A DNA stretch of 64,000 nucleotides from Nitrososphaeraceae archaeon (GCA_035297365.1 DATGZA010000014.1:210959-274958); one strand, 5' to 3'. Counted from the stretch's first letter, positions 1 through 11,316 are shown. Translations and numbers: made by a program. The notes: generated by a model not told the origin, from the sequence alone.

Positions 1-226
1 TTCATTCTTTATTATCCTAATAGCCATTCTAATTGTGTTTTAGTAAATAGCGATGGTTTAACGATTTGGTTAACTCAATTATAGGCTGCTAATATTTTAT
101 CCTAGATAAAATCAATTTGAAAGAAAGAAATACAAAAGTCACAATAATTTTATAATGACAATATGATAGTTTAGTATTATGTGTTGAGAATATTCATGTC
201 AGGAAACAGATTGTATTTGTAGCTAT

Positions 227-490
227 TCACAGAAGATGAAGGGATATCGTTATCATGTTGTGTATACTAAAGTTGTGATCTGTGATAACTGGTCTTCTAT
301 TTATCTTCAGTTTGCTTAATAACCATAATACATCTTTAAAATAGTCAATCGATGACTTCTGGAGCGATATCAGGAGATTATCTTGATTATGAGAATCAAT
401 TACAGTTCTGCTATCTTTGGTTTTATTCTCTTTGTTTATACCTACCTCATTTTTAGAGGTGCGATTCATCAAACACCAATTCAAAACCAT
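227..490 (-). pseudogene. Small hypothetical ORF, probably a decayed gene (paralogous frame near 53.4-53.65 kb is interrupted)
   Basis: 87-aa ORF; 5' region is shared with the repeat copy at 53.6 kb; no recognisable domain. Confidence 0.3.
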
Positions 491-755
491 ATATATATCA
501 AAGTTTATCCCCCCTCTATCACCTGATACCAGGAACAGAAATATTTATGAGCCTCCTCACACAAGCACTCTAAAAAATTAGAGATTTCTAGCTAAAAATG
601 CTTTTGGCCTCCGAGTTCGCGGCTTTTTGTATTATCTAAAGAAATTAAGTACTTCCGGCACAAAAAAGTTATTTGATATTAGAAATGATGATAGAAAATT
701 AGAAATATCTAGGTTTTCTATATTTTGGTCTAGATAATTCTACTAAAGTATCCTC
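431..755. repeat. Diverged dispersed repeat, copy A (paralogous to ~53608-53913); decayed gene end + promoter + gene start
   Basis: Colinear similar blocks: atcaaacaccaattcaaaaccatatatatatcaaa vs atcaaacaccaattaaaaaccgtatatatataccaaa, and aggttttctatattttggtctagataattc vs aggattttttatattttgacctacttaactc, at a similar offset (~53160-53175). Confidence 0.7.
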
Positions 756-1273
756 AAGGATATTTCTAGCGCAGCCATCAGGATGTTCGGTATATTATCT
801 ATAATCACGCCTGCTGTCTTTTAGTGGAAGCATACTTTAATCGCATCTGTACACTGTTTAGATACAAGATAGAACAAATCGGTGATATGCGATCCGTACT
901 TTCTTTTTATGTTCTCTGTATTTAATGCCTAGTATTCTTCTAAGTTTCCATAGAAACTGTTAATTTTTCTTTAATCGTTTGTACAATGTTGATTGTTTAT
1001 TTATTCCTCTGTTAAATGCTGATTTTTCTCGTTTCATGTTGGGATAATATCGTTAGGTCATAATATCGTGAGTTAACTCGAATCTCATGGGGGCTTTGCG
1101 TTAAAAAATAGTTATATACATTTTAGTCTAGGTCAAAACATTTCCTAAAAGATATAAACAAATAATTATAATTTATAAGCCCTGTGACTTGTTAGATATA
1201 AACAAAATAAGGCAGCCAGAACAACATTTATTTTCATTTTTATTGAAATAATCACACTTTCGACAATTTAAAA

Positions 1274-1552
1274 ATGACGATTTTGTCTTTTTATACGCTA
1301 ATAACAGAGGATGAATTTCTTATAGAGATGAGCGGTAACAATCCAGTCGCAACTCAATTTGATGTTTCTAGTATCACGTTGGATGATTGGTTGGGTCCAA
1401 GTATATATGTAATAAAATACACAGTATATCAATCACTTTCGCAAGATTTAGTTTCTTTAGAACAGCAATTCCCAGATCCACGATTCGTTAATCTTCCCGG
1501 TTCAACACTATTTTTTGAGATTGTATTTAGTACTATATTACGGCAACAATAA
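1274..1552 (+). CDS. Hypothetical protein (possibly a fragment)
   Basis: 92-aa ORF, no recognisable motif. Confidence 0.25.
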   Translation: MTILSFYTLITEDEFLIEMSGNNPVATQFDVSSITLDDWLGPSIYVIKYTVYQSLSQDLVSLEQQFPDPRFVNLPGSTLFFEIVFSTILRQQ

Positions 1553-1892
1553 CAAGAGGAGCGAGAGAATCACATATCTGTACTATACAAAACCAATTTG
1601 TCGTTTTGAATGAAGAATAAAATTGGAAAATAATTATCAAGCAAGACTTGGTAACCAGTATACCAATTGAACAAACTGTTTTTCTTCTTTTTTTCTTTTT
1701 TTCAATAATTGATTAATCTGTTACTCTAAGGAAATTGCTACTAACGGTAATAACATGAATACTAGTAAAAGATTTGTTTTAATAATGTGAAAATTCTTTT
1801 TCAGTTCCTCCCCTTTATCTTTTGGGATCTTTAAATAATTTACATTTACATCTCAATATTGTTTTTTAGTAGAGTATATTACATTATATTTA

Positions 1893-2276
1893 ATGAAAAA
1901 TATCTTAATAGTTGATGATGATCTTGATACTTCTTTAAGATATAAGAAATGGTTGGAAGAAGATGATTTCAATCTAACTTTAATAAACGACCCACAATTA
2001 GCAGAAAAAAATTTTAGATCTCAAGACTATGATCTTGTTCTTATTGGTTTTAGAATGTCTGTAATGGATGGTTTTGATCTTTATAATAAATTGCTTGAGA
2101 TATCAAAAAAGGTAGAGGATACACCTCAAGAATTTAAGATATGTTTTATGACATCATCACTAATAAATTATAAAGCGTTAGCAGAAATGCATCCAGAATT
2201 TGGAAAGGAATGTTATGTTTCAAAACAAGTTCCAAAAGATATTTTTATAAAACATATCAATTCCTTGATACCCTGA
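1893..2276 (+). CDS. Stand-alone response regulator receiver domain (atypical)
   Basis: ILIVDDD, YDLVLIGFRMSVMDGF, ICFMTS, YVSK; Gly at the phospho-acceptor Asp position. Confidence 0.85.
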   Translation: MKNILIVDDDLDTSLRYKKWLEEDDFNLTLINDPQLAEKNFRSQDYDLVLIGFRMSVMDGFDLYNKLLEISKKVEDTPQEFKICFMTSSLINYKALAEMHPEFGKECYVSKQVPKDIFIKHINSLIP

Positions 2277-2679
2277 ATTACTCATTTCTTATTTTTTAAC
2301 TCTTCAATATCTGCTCTATGGTCTACATTAAACAATTTGAGGTATCTGAAGATGATGTATTTAACAGCATAAGCATGGCACTAACGACATCATTGTATAT
2401 AGTTTCTACTTGTAAAGTACCAAGAAAAAGTAGTGTTCCAGCATCATAGTAAAACAATTTAACTTACCTGAAGATAGATTAGATTGGTATATGCATATAC
2501 ATAATACCTTCTACTGATCTTACCAAATACTGTAGCATCGTTACCAATATTATAAGATTCTCTAATAACTAAGTAAACCCTTTACCCAGTCATAGGTACC
2601 AAGATAATGAGATGTTATTTCAGGTATTCACAGATGATAAATTTGATGATGAGTATTGGTCAACATTTAAGGAATATCT

Positions 2680-2711
2680 TCTAGAAATATAAATATCTAG
2701 AAATATAAATA
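2680..2711. repeat. Perfect 16-bp tandem duplication
   Basis: tctagaaatataaata x2. Confidence 0.8.
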
Positions 2712-3011
2712 AAAGAGCACTGCTAGCATCAGGTTTTTTTTCTAAAAATATCATTATTTAGTGATAAAGAATAATGGTCAGCAAAGTAAAGAAGAAATCA
2801 ATAATTTGACAGAACGTGATAAGATATAAGAAGATGAATTACCATATTTGTAAGATTAAATATTGAATCGGATAGAAAATTTCGAGAAAAAGAGAAATGA
2901 GATTTCTAGAACATATCAATCAAAAATAAATTTCAAGAATAGTGTCAACAATAATATTTGCATTAGTAAAGATCACTGCTACGCAAGTGACGAAAAATAT
3001 CTTTATTTGAC

Positions 3012-3662
3012 TTACTTGCCAAAGTCTCGGTAGTCTTCTAAAACAAAGTCAAAATTAGCAAATTTTGTTCCATTTTTATCAACAATTTTCATTATCAATG
3101 GATCTTTTACAAAGATATCCATATTTGGATCTCCTTCAAAATATAATTGACTAACCAATGAGGGATTACCAGGGTTTTCAGGAATCCATGCCTTTACATG
3201 TATATGGGCAGGCCTAGTAATATTTCCTTGAGAATAACTTCCAGGGAGTATAGTATCTAGTGTATAGTTCCCATTCTCATCAGAAATAACTTTGCCTCTC
3301 AGGTTAAAATCCGTATTGTCGTACTTTCCTTTAGAGTCTGCTTGCCAAAAATCTAAGACGGCACCATTTACTGGATGGCAGTCAGGAAAACTCATGACTT
3401 TCCCAGTAACTACTAACTTTTCTCCCTCCGTTTCTCCGACAAATTCTTCTCCTTCTTTGATTGGTGCACCTTCTTTATAGTATGGTCCTTGTACTGTTGG
3501 AAGTGTTAGTTCACAAGATGGGTTTATTTCGTTCATTTTGATATCATCTGATGAAGTGTTAGTATTTTGAGCATAAGACTCAGAATATGGCAAGATAGAA
3601 AGGAAAAGGGTAATTATAATCGAAAATATGACTAGAGTTTTTATACTATTGATCTTTAACAT
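3012..3662 (-). CDS. Secreted intradiol ring-cleavage dioxygenase-like protein
   Basis: Signal peptide; QGPYY, DFWQADSKGKY, TILPGSY, RPAHIH (2 Tyr + 2 His iron ligands). Confidence 0.85.
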   Translation of the reverse strand: MLKINSIKTLVIFSIIITLFLSILPYSESYAQNTNTSSDDIKMNEINPSCELTLPTVQGPYYKEGAPIKEGEEFVGETEGEKLVVTGKVMSFPDCHPVNGAVLDFWQADSKGKYDNTDFNLRGKVISDENGNYTLDTILPGSYSQGNITRPAHIHVKAWIPENPGNPSLVSQLYFEGDPNMDIFVKDPLIMKIVDKNGTKFANFDFVLEDYRDFGK

Positions 3663-4040
3663 GTTTTGTAATTGATAGATTCAATTTATAAAAGTATTGT
3701 GACAATCCTCTCATAACAATATTGAATTTACTAGTCATATGAAAATTCAAGAAAATATTAATCTGTCATTATTAATCGATTATTACTTGAACTAAGTAAA
3801 CGAATATTTATGGTGTGGGGACCATTTATAATAAAATTTAATCACTGAGATTTACAAGAGACGAAACAATGAGTTCAACTATCTTGTTGATATGTCTTGA
3901 ATATTTTGAAATTGATCTTTTGACGATTTGCTAAATGACTAACTGAAAGTTTTGACAAATTAATGATGTTTTTTAATTTCGAAATTCAAAAATAATAACC
4001 CTAGTGTAAAATTATTCCATCAAGTGCTTGTTTATATTGA

Positions 4041-4451
4041 TCAAATTTGATTAATTCCACTTCTTTTATTTGCTATAATATTTTCAATTTCCTTCAATTC
4101 GGTGCTGTTAATCAACATATCACCTTTACTTTGACTATCGATGTCTTCTATACGTGTACTTCCTCTAGGTAGATCTTCTAATACATTTACTGCCAAAGTT
4201 TCGGCCTTAATTTGTGATTGTGCTAATTCTATTGATGCTTGATTAATTAGATCTGCATTACTTATCATTGATGACTGATTATTAATAAAGAGAACTCTGA
4301 AATTTTCTGGCAGGTAGGATAATAGAGAATCTCGTTGTTGACCTGTAACAAATGACTCCGTTAACATTATGTGTATAGATAAAATAGATAAAATAAAAAT
4401 CAAGAATAATGATAATAAATTTAAATTTGTAAAAACTTTCTTTCTTATCAT
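4041..4451 (-). CDS. Hypothetical membrane-anchored/secreted protein
   Basis: 136-aa ORF with N-terminal hydrophobic segment; TATA-like tatatatata upstream. Confidence 0.55.
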   Translation of the reverse strand: MIRKKVFTNLNLLSLFLIFILSILSIHIMLTESFVTGQQRDSLLSYLPENFRVLFINNQSSMISNADLINQASIELAQSQIKAETLAVNVLEDLPRGSTRIEDIDSQSKGDMLINSTELKEIENIIANKRSGINQI

Positions 4452-5666
4452 ACATCTAGAAGGATTTTATACTATATATATAGGTAAACTTTCATAGTTT
4501 AAACGTCTTTATTTTTGAAACTCTTTCATGTCTTTTAGAGCTCTTGCTAGGTATGTTTATTATTAATCCGACAAGATTTCATATGGTTGTCCCACTGGTA
4601 GATCACTTGTCGTTTCCTTTTTCTGCGCTCCTACTGCCTATAGAACGTCTAAACTCCTTTATTCCTCTTATGGATCCTCCTCCATCTCTGATGCTAACAT
4701 GACATGATCAATTGTCTATAGTATTTGTGATCGAATGACTTATTGATAAATGACTTTATTGGTATCAGAACTCAATGTTTTATTATTTGAAGAGATTTGC
4801 CACTTTTAGAAGCTATTGTTCTACATACTCTCTTCTTAACATAATTGCTAATACTGTATGTACAGAATCAGATGGTAAAACAGTATAAACAATTTTCGCC
4901 TATATATTATCTACATTCATTAAATAAGTTATCTGATTACCATTAAATTACTCTCATTAGGATTTTACAAACGGTAGTAATCTGAAAATTGATAAAAAAA
5001 GAGTTAGAATCTTTGTTTAATGACTGTTTTTATGAGGTTCTTTTAGTTGGTCTGATGCTACCGGTATCAGCTTATACTTTATTATCCTTATATCATAATT
5101 CTGCCAGACGTCGGTATTGATCAGAATTTTAACTTTATTAAGATAGATTCGAAATTTTACAAGATTTTATGAAAAGCTTTATGATCCAGAAATAATCTAA
5201 AAGATACAGCTGATGAATTCAATATTTGCAGGCAGGTTTATCACGATAATAAATTAGATACCTAAACTGAATTTGATCAAGATTTTATCAAGTAATGATG
5301 TCTTTTCAAAAGACGTTAGCGGCTTTTTTGATAGAGCTCTCCCGGTGGCCTGACTTAATGAAAAAATATCGTATTTGTTTATCAGTGAATCTAATATTAT
5401 TCATGTACATATTTTCTAAGTACTATACTAGATTAACTTTTAATCTTTTCAGAATGACCCAAGGCAATGTTATTAGAATTTCTTTTTGAATATTAGGTTC
5501 TGTAAAAAAATTTTAGAGCGACTTGTAATTTCAATTTTGTTTTCGATCATTAAACAAAACATAATTGTTAGCAGTTCAACTAATAGTCAAGAAAGAGTAT
5601 GCTCTCCTAAGGAAGTTCAATAAAATTGCAGTTCAAATAATAAAAAAAGTTAGTAATAAAAAAAGG

Positions 5667-5786
5667 TTAGGCATTTATAATAATTGGTTTTTCTTCCACT
5701 TTTTCTGTGTCATCCTCTTCTTGCTTTTTAACCAATTTCTTGTATTTTAGTTCGATCTTCTCTGGTATTTCGTAATCGAAACACAT
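5667..5786 (-). CDS. 39-aa microprotein MCFDYEIPEKIELKYKKLVKKQEEDDTEKVEEKPIIINA (below the ORF-track cutoff)
   Basis: Clean ATG-TAA frame, TATA-like element ~30 nt upstream, T-tract immediately after the stop. Confidence 0.6.
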   Translation of the reverse strand: MCFDYEIPEKIELKYKKLVKKQEEDDTEKVEEKPIIINA

Positions 5787-6538
5787 ACAAATATACTTGA
5801 ACTCGGTTTCTAATAAATATTATATTATTCGGGTTGATTTATACCAGTATTTTTTTATCTGTCTGCTTTGTTATGACTTTCAAAATTCATTTTAGGCTTA
5901 TTGATAGCCTTTGATAGGCTTTCTATTGACGTTGAAATCTTTAGGTATAAATTTCAAGTCAAATAGTCACCTCACGCATCTATTGAAAATATAAACATAA
6001 AATTCATCTTAGAATTTTATCGAATGAAAAATATACGATTATCCATCGACATTTGTCATCCCGTTTCTGTCTGTAGTCGTAATTAAGTAACATCTTGCCT
6101 ATTACAAAGTCAACAACTTGGATACTATCCGAAAGTTAAAAACGGGTATTTTATCTGGAAATATACCGTTTAATATGCTTTTCATCTATACTACAGTTAG
6201 TTATTTTAGTGAAAGTCAATTATCGTAAAGGGAAAATGATACGATTTATTTTAGATCTATGTGTTCTGCAATAAACCCGAACATTAAAAGATCATTGTTA
6301 CGGATGAAGTGAGACAAAAGCCAAATTTCATGTTAATGGTATTTCGTATTAGAATGTGAAATTTATGCAAATGAAAATAATACCTTCAGATATTTATAAT
6401 CAACTCAATATACTTCATAATTATGAATTAATAAATATTATATTAGAGACCGAAACTTAATGAAATCCGCTTTACCGAAAAAATTGATATGTTTGTATAA
6501 AATTATTTTAATATTTTTCACAGTATTGTGACTATACA

Positions 6539-6787
6539 TTAAATCTGTATCAGTATCGAAATTCAATTTAATTGTCCACTCTCAAACCAGAATTTAAATT
6601 CGTCAAGTGTCGGTTTTTTATCTTTATTGGTAGCTAAATTAAGATGATAGAGCACATAGTTTATCTTTTCAATTGTCTTTTTATTATCATCAATATTTTC
6701 TTCTGCAACTTCTAAAGATTTTTTTCGTAAATCAGAGGGAAGGCTGGTTCACCACTCGGCAAATGTTCTTTTTCTCATGCTTTTCAT
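6539..6787 (-). pseudogene. Decayed small hypothetical protein (MRKRTFAEW*TSLPSDLRKK...INYVLYHLNL...KPTLDEFKFW)
   Basis: Protein-like frame with an in-frame TGA and apparent frameshifts; resembles, from memory only, a small thaumarchaeal protein family. Confidence 0.4.
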
Positions 6788-7306
6788 AACTTAGTATTTA
6801 TTAAATGATTTAAAAAATTTTTGATAAAGATTTATGTATCATTATAATATACTAATATAATTTTATTATTATATATACAAGAAATAATCTATATACATAA
6901 TATTATTACAGATATTGTGTTAATTGACAGAAATTATGAATAATTTGGTTTTATACATGTTATTTTATGTTATTTTTTTGAGTTAAAAACTTTACATAAA
7001 TTGGCTTCATTAAATGATATTTTTAATAAATTTTTTTTAATTTTTCATAAATTTAATTCTTGAATCTCTACATTGCAACAAGGGTTTCTATCTAAATTAA
7101 TATAATTATAAAATAAAAATAATTGATCAATAACATTGCTCTGGCGAAATACAGATAATCCCCTGTTCAAGTGTTATTGATTTCATATTGTACTAAAAGA
7201 TATTTTTTATGTATGTTACTGTCGTTAATTCAGAATATTGAATTAGTAAAAATTTATTTAATGATCTGTCCTAGCTCAGATATATTTAGTTGAGTAACAA
7301 AAAATA

Positions 7307-7867
7307 ATGAATAGGCAAAGAAACAAAACGATCAGTTTTGTTGCAATAATGATAGCAGCGGCAAGTATAACTGGTCTAGTGACACCGTCATTAGGCATAG
7401 ATGTGCAAGCAGAAAAGGATGGAGGAGAATATGGCTCTAATTACAACGATAACAAATACAAACAAGAGTCCAATCACAACAGTAACTATGCAGGCGATGA
7501 ATATGCAAAATATTATGACCCAAAAGATAAAAATGTAAAAGTACAGGTAATTAAATGTGAGAATACTATAAACAACATTCAAGTCTCAGACATAAAAGGT
7601 GAAATAGATCAAGATGCTACAAATGCTAATATCCCAATTTTAGGAGGACTTGGAGCTGAAGATACGTCAGCAGAAGGAATTCCAAATGAGGCAAGTAACC
7701 TTGAAGAGAATGGATTAAACTTTGACAAGAACGTAGTTGTTATATGTAAAAATGACAATAATTCCGATAACGATCAAAGTCTCGATGTTGGATTAGCTCA
7801 GGCAGCATCAAACGAAGCAAACCAAGATAACGATGTTGTAGATATTGACGGAGAGGAAGAGGAATAA
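7307..7867 (+). CDS. Secreted acidic Asn/Asp/Tyr-rich hypothetical protein
   Basis: Signal peptide; low-complexity Y/N/D region; two Cys (IKCEN, VICKN). Confidence 0.75.
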   Translation: MNRQRNKTISFVAIMIAAASITGLVTPSLGIDVQAEKDGGEYGSNYNDNKYKQESNHNSNYAGDEYAKYYDPKDKNVKVQVIKCENTINNIQVSDIKGEIDQDATNANIPILGGLGAEDTSAEGIPNEASNLEENGLNFDKNVVVICKNDNNSDNDQSLDVGLAQAASNEANQDNDVVDIDGEEEE

Positions 7868-8080
7868 ATCGAACTTTCGTTGCATGAGATATAAAGAGCA
7901 TAAAAATATACAAATAGTTCACCTAGACGGATCATATAAAAAACTTCTTTCTTTTTTTTGATTTCTATTACTTGATGGTATCTTTGTTTTTTTTTTGTAA
8001 TATTAATTTACTACCTAATTTTCATGTGACTTATTTTTACGGTTGATTTAAATTCAAACAATTACTATGTTTTCAATAAA

Positions 8081-8518
8081 ATGACCGCATCAAACATAGT
8101 TACTAAATATATTACATTGTCTTCTAGAGGAGAAAATGATATTATTGATATCACAAGTAACGTTAACAAGATATTACTAGAAAGTCAAATGAAAAATGGA
8201 ATAGTAACACTTTTTGTGGTTGGTTCTACAGCAGCAGTAACTACCATAGAGTATGAACCAGGTCTGAGAAAGGATTTTCCCAGAATGTTGGAACGAATAG
8301 CATCTAAAGATATTGAATATGAACATGATAATACATGGCATGATGGCAATGGACACGCACATGTAAGAGCGTCGTTAATTGGTCCCAGTTTAACCGTCCC
8401 TTTCGTTGATGGTAAATTCACCCTTGGAACTTGGCAGCAGATTGTTTTTCTAGAATTGGATACAAGAAGTAGAAATAGAAAAATTGTAGTTCAATTAATT
8501 GGAAGTAAAATTTCCTAA
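8081..8518 (+). CDS. yjbQ: YjbQ/UPF0047 family protein (secondary thiamine-phosphate synthase-like)
   Basis: STAAVTTIEYEPGL, HDGNGHAHVRASLIG, LGTWQQI. Confidence 0.9.
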   Translation: MTASNIVTKYITLSSRGENDIIDITSNVNKILLESQMKNGIVTLFVVGSTAAVTTIEYEPGLRKDFPRMLERIASKDIEYEHDNTWHDGNGHAHVRASLIGPSLTVPFVDGKFTLGTWQQIVFLELDTRSRNRKIVVQLIGSKIS

Positions 8519-8694
8519 ATTTAAAATTGTTTGTGACTATATTTTCTATTTCATGATATGATTTTTTCGTGTTCTGATGTCTTTTGCTTTAATGTCGTAT
8601 AAAAATATGGATCCGTATCTTTTGTTCAATTTATCCTCTCCCCCTTATCCAAGAGTATTACACAATTTATCTACTATCTATATGAAAATACTTC

Positions 8695-9645
8695 ATGGAC
8701 CTATGGTATGATAATTCTGCTCCTGTGATCTCCAGTAAGAAAGGAAAATCACTGCTTCACAATTTTTTCGTTTATGGCAAAGAGGGATTGACTATTAACC
8801 CATATCAGGGATGTCATCACAGATGTGGGTATTGTTATGCAACTTATGATTGGTCTCCAGAGTTCTTCGATCATATCTATGCCAAAATAAATGCTGCAGA
8901 TCTATTGTATGAACAAATTAGAAAAAACAAAATCAAAATTTCTCATCCTGTAATGATTTCCTCAGCAACCGATGCTTATCAACCAGCCGAGTTAAAGTAC
9001 TCTATAACTCGACAATGTGTACAAGTATTACAAAAATTTGGAATTCCGTATTACATTTTTACCAAGTCGATAATAATTGAGAGAGATTTGGAGTTACACA
9101 AACGATATTCTGATAAATGTTTCATAGTGTGGTCAATTACTACTTGCAATGAGGACGTAAAAAGAATAATCGAACCAGGTACGCCTACATTTGACTCTTT
9201 ATTTAAGGTAATCGAAAAATTCACAAATTCTGAAATCCAGTGTGTTGTTAATATTGATCCTATTCTACCTCTAATTACTGATTCAAAAAGCGATCTAGAA
9301 AAAATTTTAGATACCGCTGTCAACAGTGGAGTCAATTTTATTAGCGGATCAATTTTAAGGCTTAGATCCGACATTTGGGAGAGATTGAAATCTATCCTGC
9401 ACCTTCTGGATATGTCAGATGCAAAAAAACAATATGAACAAATTTACAACATTAAAGAACCGATAAAAGTAAAGATCAGTGTGAATGCCGAAAATAAATA
9501 CTCATACACAATTTTAAACATGTTGATGAGAGAATGCGATAAAAGAAATCTGAAATATGGATTTCCCAATCTGAAACCTCAGGAAAATGACCGTTCATCT
9601 GCAGATAATTTAAAAATGGTTACTCTTTCCGATTTCATAAAGTAA
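8695..9645 (+). CDS. Radical SAM protein, SPL/Rv2578c-like family
   Basis: INPYQGCHHRCGYCYA (CxxxCxxC), ISSATDAYQPAE, TKS, IEPG. Confidence 0.88.
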   Translation: MDLWYDNSAPVISSKKGKSLLHNFFVYGKEGLTINPYQGCHHRCGYCYATYDWSPEFFDHIYAKINAADLLYEQIRKNKIKISHPVMISSATDAYQPAELKYSITRQCVQVLQKFGIPYYIFTKSIIIERDLELHKRYSDKCFIVWSITTCNEDVKRIIEPGTPTFDSLFKVIEKFTNSEIQCVVNIDPILPLITDSKSDLEKILDTAVNSGVNFISGSILRLRSDIWERLKSILHLLDMSDAKKQYEQIYNIKEPIKVKISVNAENKYSYTILNMLMRECDKRNLKYGFPNLKPQENDRSSADNLKMVTLSDFIK

Positions 9646-9689
9646 AAAACAGAGGACCCACTTGATAAAGTAACAAACAGAGGACCCAC
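9637..9689. repeat. 25-bp direct repeat, 28-bp period
   Basis: ataaagtaa(a/c)aaacagaggacccac at 9637-9661 and 9665-9689, 24/25 identical. Confidence 0.8.
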
Positions 9690-9755
9690 ATGAATTTGTA
9701 TATGAAAAAGTGTTAATAAAACATAAAATAGCCGATAATTAATATAAAATAATTA

Positions 9756-10346
9756 TTGAAGTCATATAACATAGATAACTTTCAATTAATGTTGATTATA
9801 TTATCGGTTTCATTAATCTTGATTCTAGGTAATACTGGAATAATAAATGAGGCATTAGCAATTTTTGAGAGCAAAGCAGATCAAAGTTTTATTACATATG
9901 ATAATAGTAAAATGAGATTTAGTCTCATGTATCCATCTAATTGGCAGATGGAAGAACATTTTAATGGCTTTGTCACTATTACTGCTCCAATTGAAGATTA
10001 CACACAAAACCGGTTTCCAGCAGGACTGGGAATTTTTCCACTAAAATTAGAATCACAAAATATTTCTCTGACAGCATTAAAGAACGTTCATCTTAAGAAT
10101 TTAACCAGCAATCTTAAAGAATTTCAATTGTTGGGATCTAATCAAATTATTCTTCCAGGAAATTATCCCGCACAGCAAATAGTTTTTACTGCACTGGACG
10201 GGGATGAAATCAGAAAATCGATGCAAATTATTGTTAAAAATCAAGACAGAGCATATCTTATTACATACAAAGCTGATTTGAACAAGTATGATAGTTATTT
10301 CCAAACGATTCAAAAAATCCTTGAAACTCTTGTCTTTACAAAATGA
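9756..10346 (+). CDS. PsbP-like extracytoplasmic protein
   Basis: Signal/anchor; TYDNSKMRFSLMYPSNW, AYLITY, YDSYFQTIQKILET. Confidence 0.7.
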   Translation: MKSYNIDNFQLMLIILSVSLILILGNTGIINEALAIFESKADQSFITYDNSKMRFSLMYPSNWQMEEHFNGFVTITAPIEDYTQNRFPAGLGIFPLKLESQNISLTALKNVHLKNLTSNLKEFQLLGSNQIILPGNYPAQQIVFTALDGDEIRKSMQIIVKNQDRAYLITYKADLNKYDSYFQTIQKILETLVFTK

Positions 10347-10369
10347 TTTTTTCCTAATATCGTCACGAA

Positions 10370-10675
10370 TTGAAGTATATTAAATTACTCTACTACTTTT
10401 TCACTCCTAGAAATAAATATTTAAGATTTGGTTTGATTTTCTTGTTAACTTTTTCAATATTAGCTATCTACCTGAACTTCCAAGGTATGACTTGTCTTAA
10501 ACAACTAGCTCCTTACTATAGTTCAAATATTGGCGATACAAAAATCAAATCAATTGAATCTCTAGAAATGAATTGTTTTATTGTTACTAATTCTTATGTC
10601 TATTCCATCTTTGGTATAATTATTGGGATTATATTGATATTAGTTTATTTTTTCAAAATCAAAAAAAGAAAATAG
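10370..10675 (+). CDS. Small 2-TM membrane protein with a Cys pair in the loop
   Basis: Two hydrophobic helices, basic C-terminus. Confidence 0.6.
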   Translation: MKYIKLLYYFFTPRNKYLRFGLIFLLTFSILAIYLNFQGMTCLKQLAPYYSSNIGDTKIKSIESLEMNCFIVTNSYVYSIFGIIIGIILILVYFFKIKKRK

Positions 10676-10745
10676 ATTTCTAATTTATTTTCAATGTATT
10701 ATGTGCCTTTAACAATACAGGTTCAGTACGTCCTGCTTCTGCATC

Positions 10746-11294
10746 TTAATGAGTTTCATGTTCTCCCTTGGCTATTTCATTAACGCCTATTACGACGGTT
10801 GAGGTAACTGGAAATTCTATGTCGTCTTCGGTTGGATTCATTAAGGCGATATCTGTTATTTTAGAGACATTTCCACCTGGCATCAAATCAACATGATATA
10901 GACATAAATCTCCAGGTTTAGATAGATTTGCTACATTTTCTAATTCAGCTGGAGAAAATTGTGGTGCAGACCCTATTAAGACTTGAATTGGAGAAACAGA
11001 GTCATCTCCACATGGTATTTTTACTGCAACATGACCTTTTAATATCATATCAGGGGTACTGTCATATAGATGGATAAAATCCTGGGCTGGTAATACTATA
11101 TCCTGCAGCAAAACAGTAACGGAATCCCTGACCGAAATTCCTTCAGTGTACTCTTCACCGTGCTCTTCAGTAGTTGTTGCATTAGACATTGTCTCGTTGC
11201 CTCCTTGTGCAAAGCTAGGTACTGTATTCAAAAGTCCTATCGCAAATACTACCGTGACAAATACTATGATACTATTTGTATGATATTTTCCCAT
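10746..11294 (-). CDS. Secreted His/Cys hypothetical protein (paralog of 52471-53046)
   Basis: Signal peptide; HLYDSTP, GHVAVKIPC, CLYH, TDIAL; EEHGEE near the N-terminus and EHETH at the C-terminus. Confidence 0.8.
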   Translation of the reverse strand: MGKYHTNSIIVFVTVVFAIGLLNTVPSFAQGGNETMSNATTTEEHGEEYTEGISVRDSVTVLLQDIVLPAQDFIHLYDSTPDMILKGHVAVKIPCGDDSVSPIQVLIGSAPQFSPAELENVANLSKPGDLCLYHVDLMPGGNVSKITDIALMNPTEDDIEFPVTSTVVIGVNEIAKGEHETH

Positions 11295-11316
11295 TAAATC
11301 TTCTTGACAATTAATG

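Noticed and set aside
4560-5365. Possible Usp remnant (minus, ~4570-4720) and receiver-domain remnant (plus, ~5080-5300)
   Set aside because: Similarity is too fragmentary, with several stops and frameshifts, to support without a search
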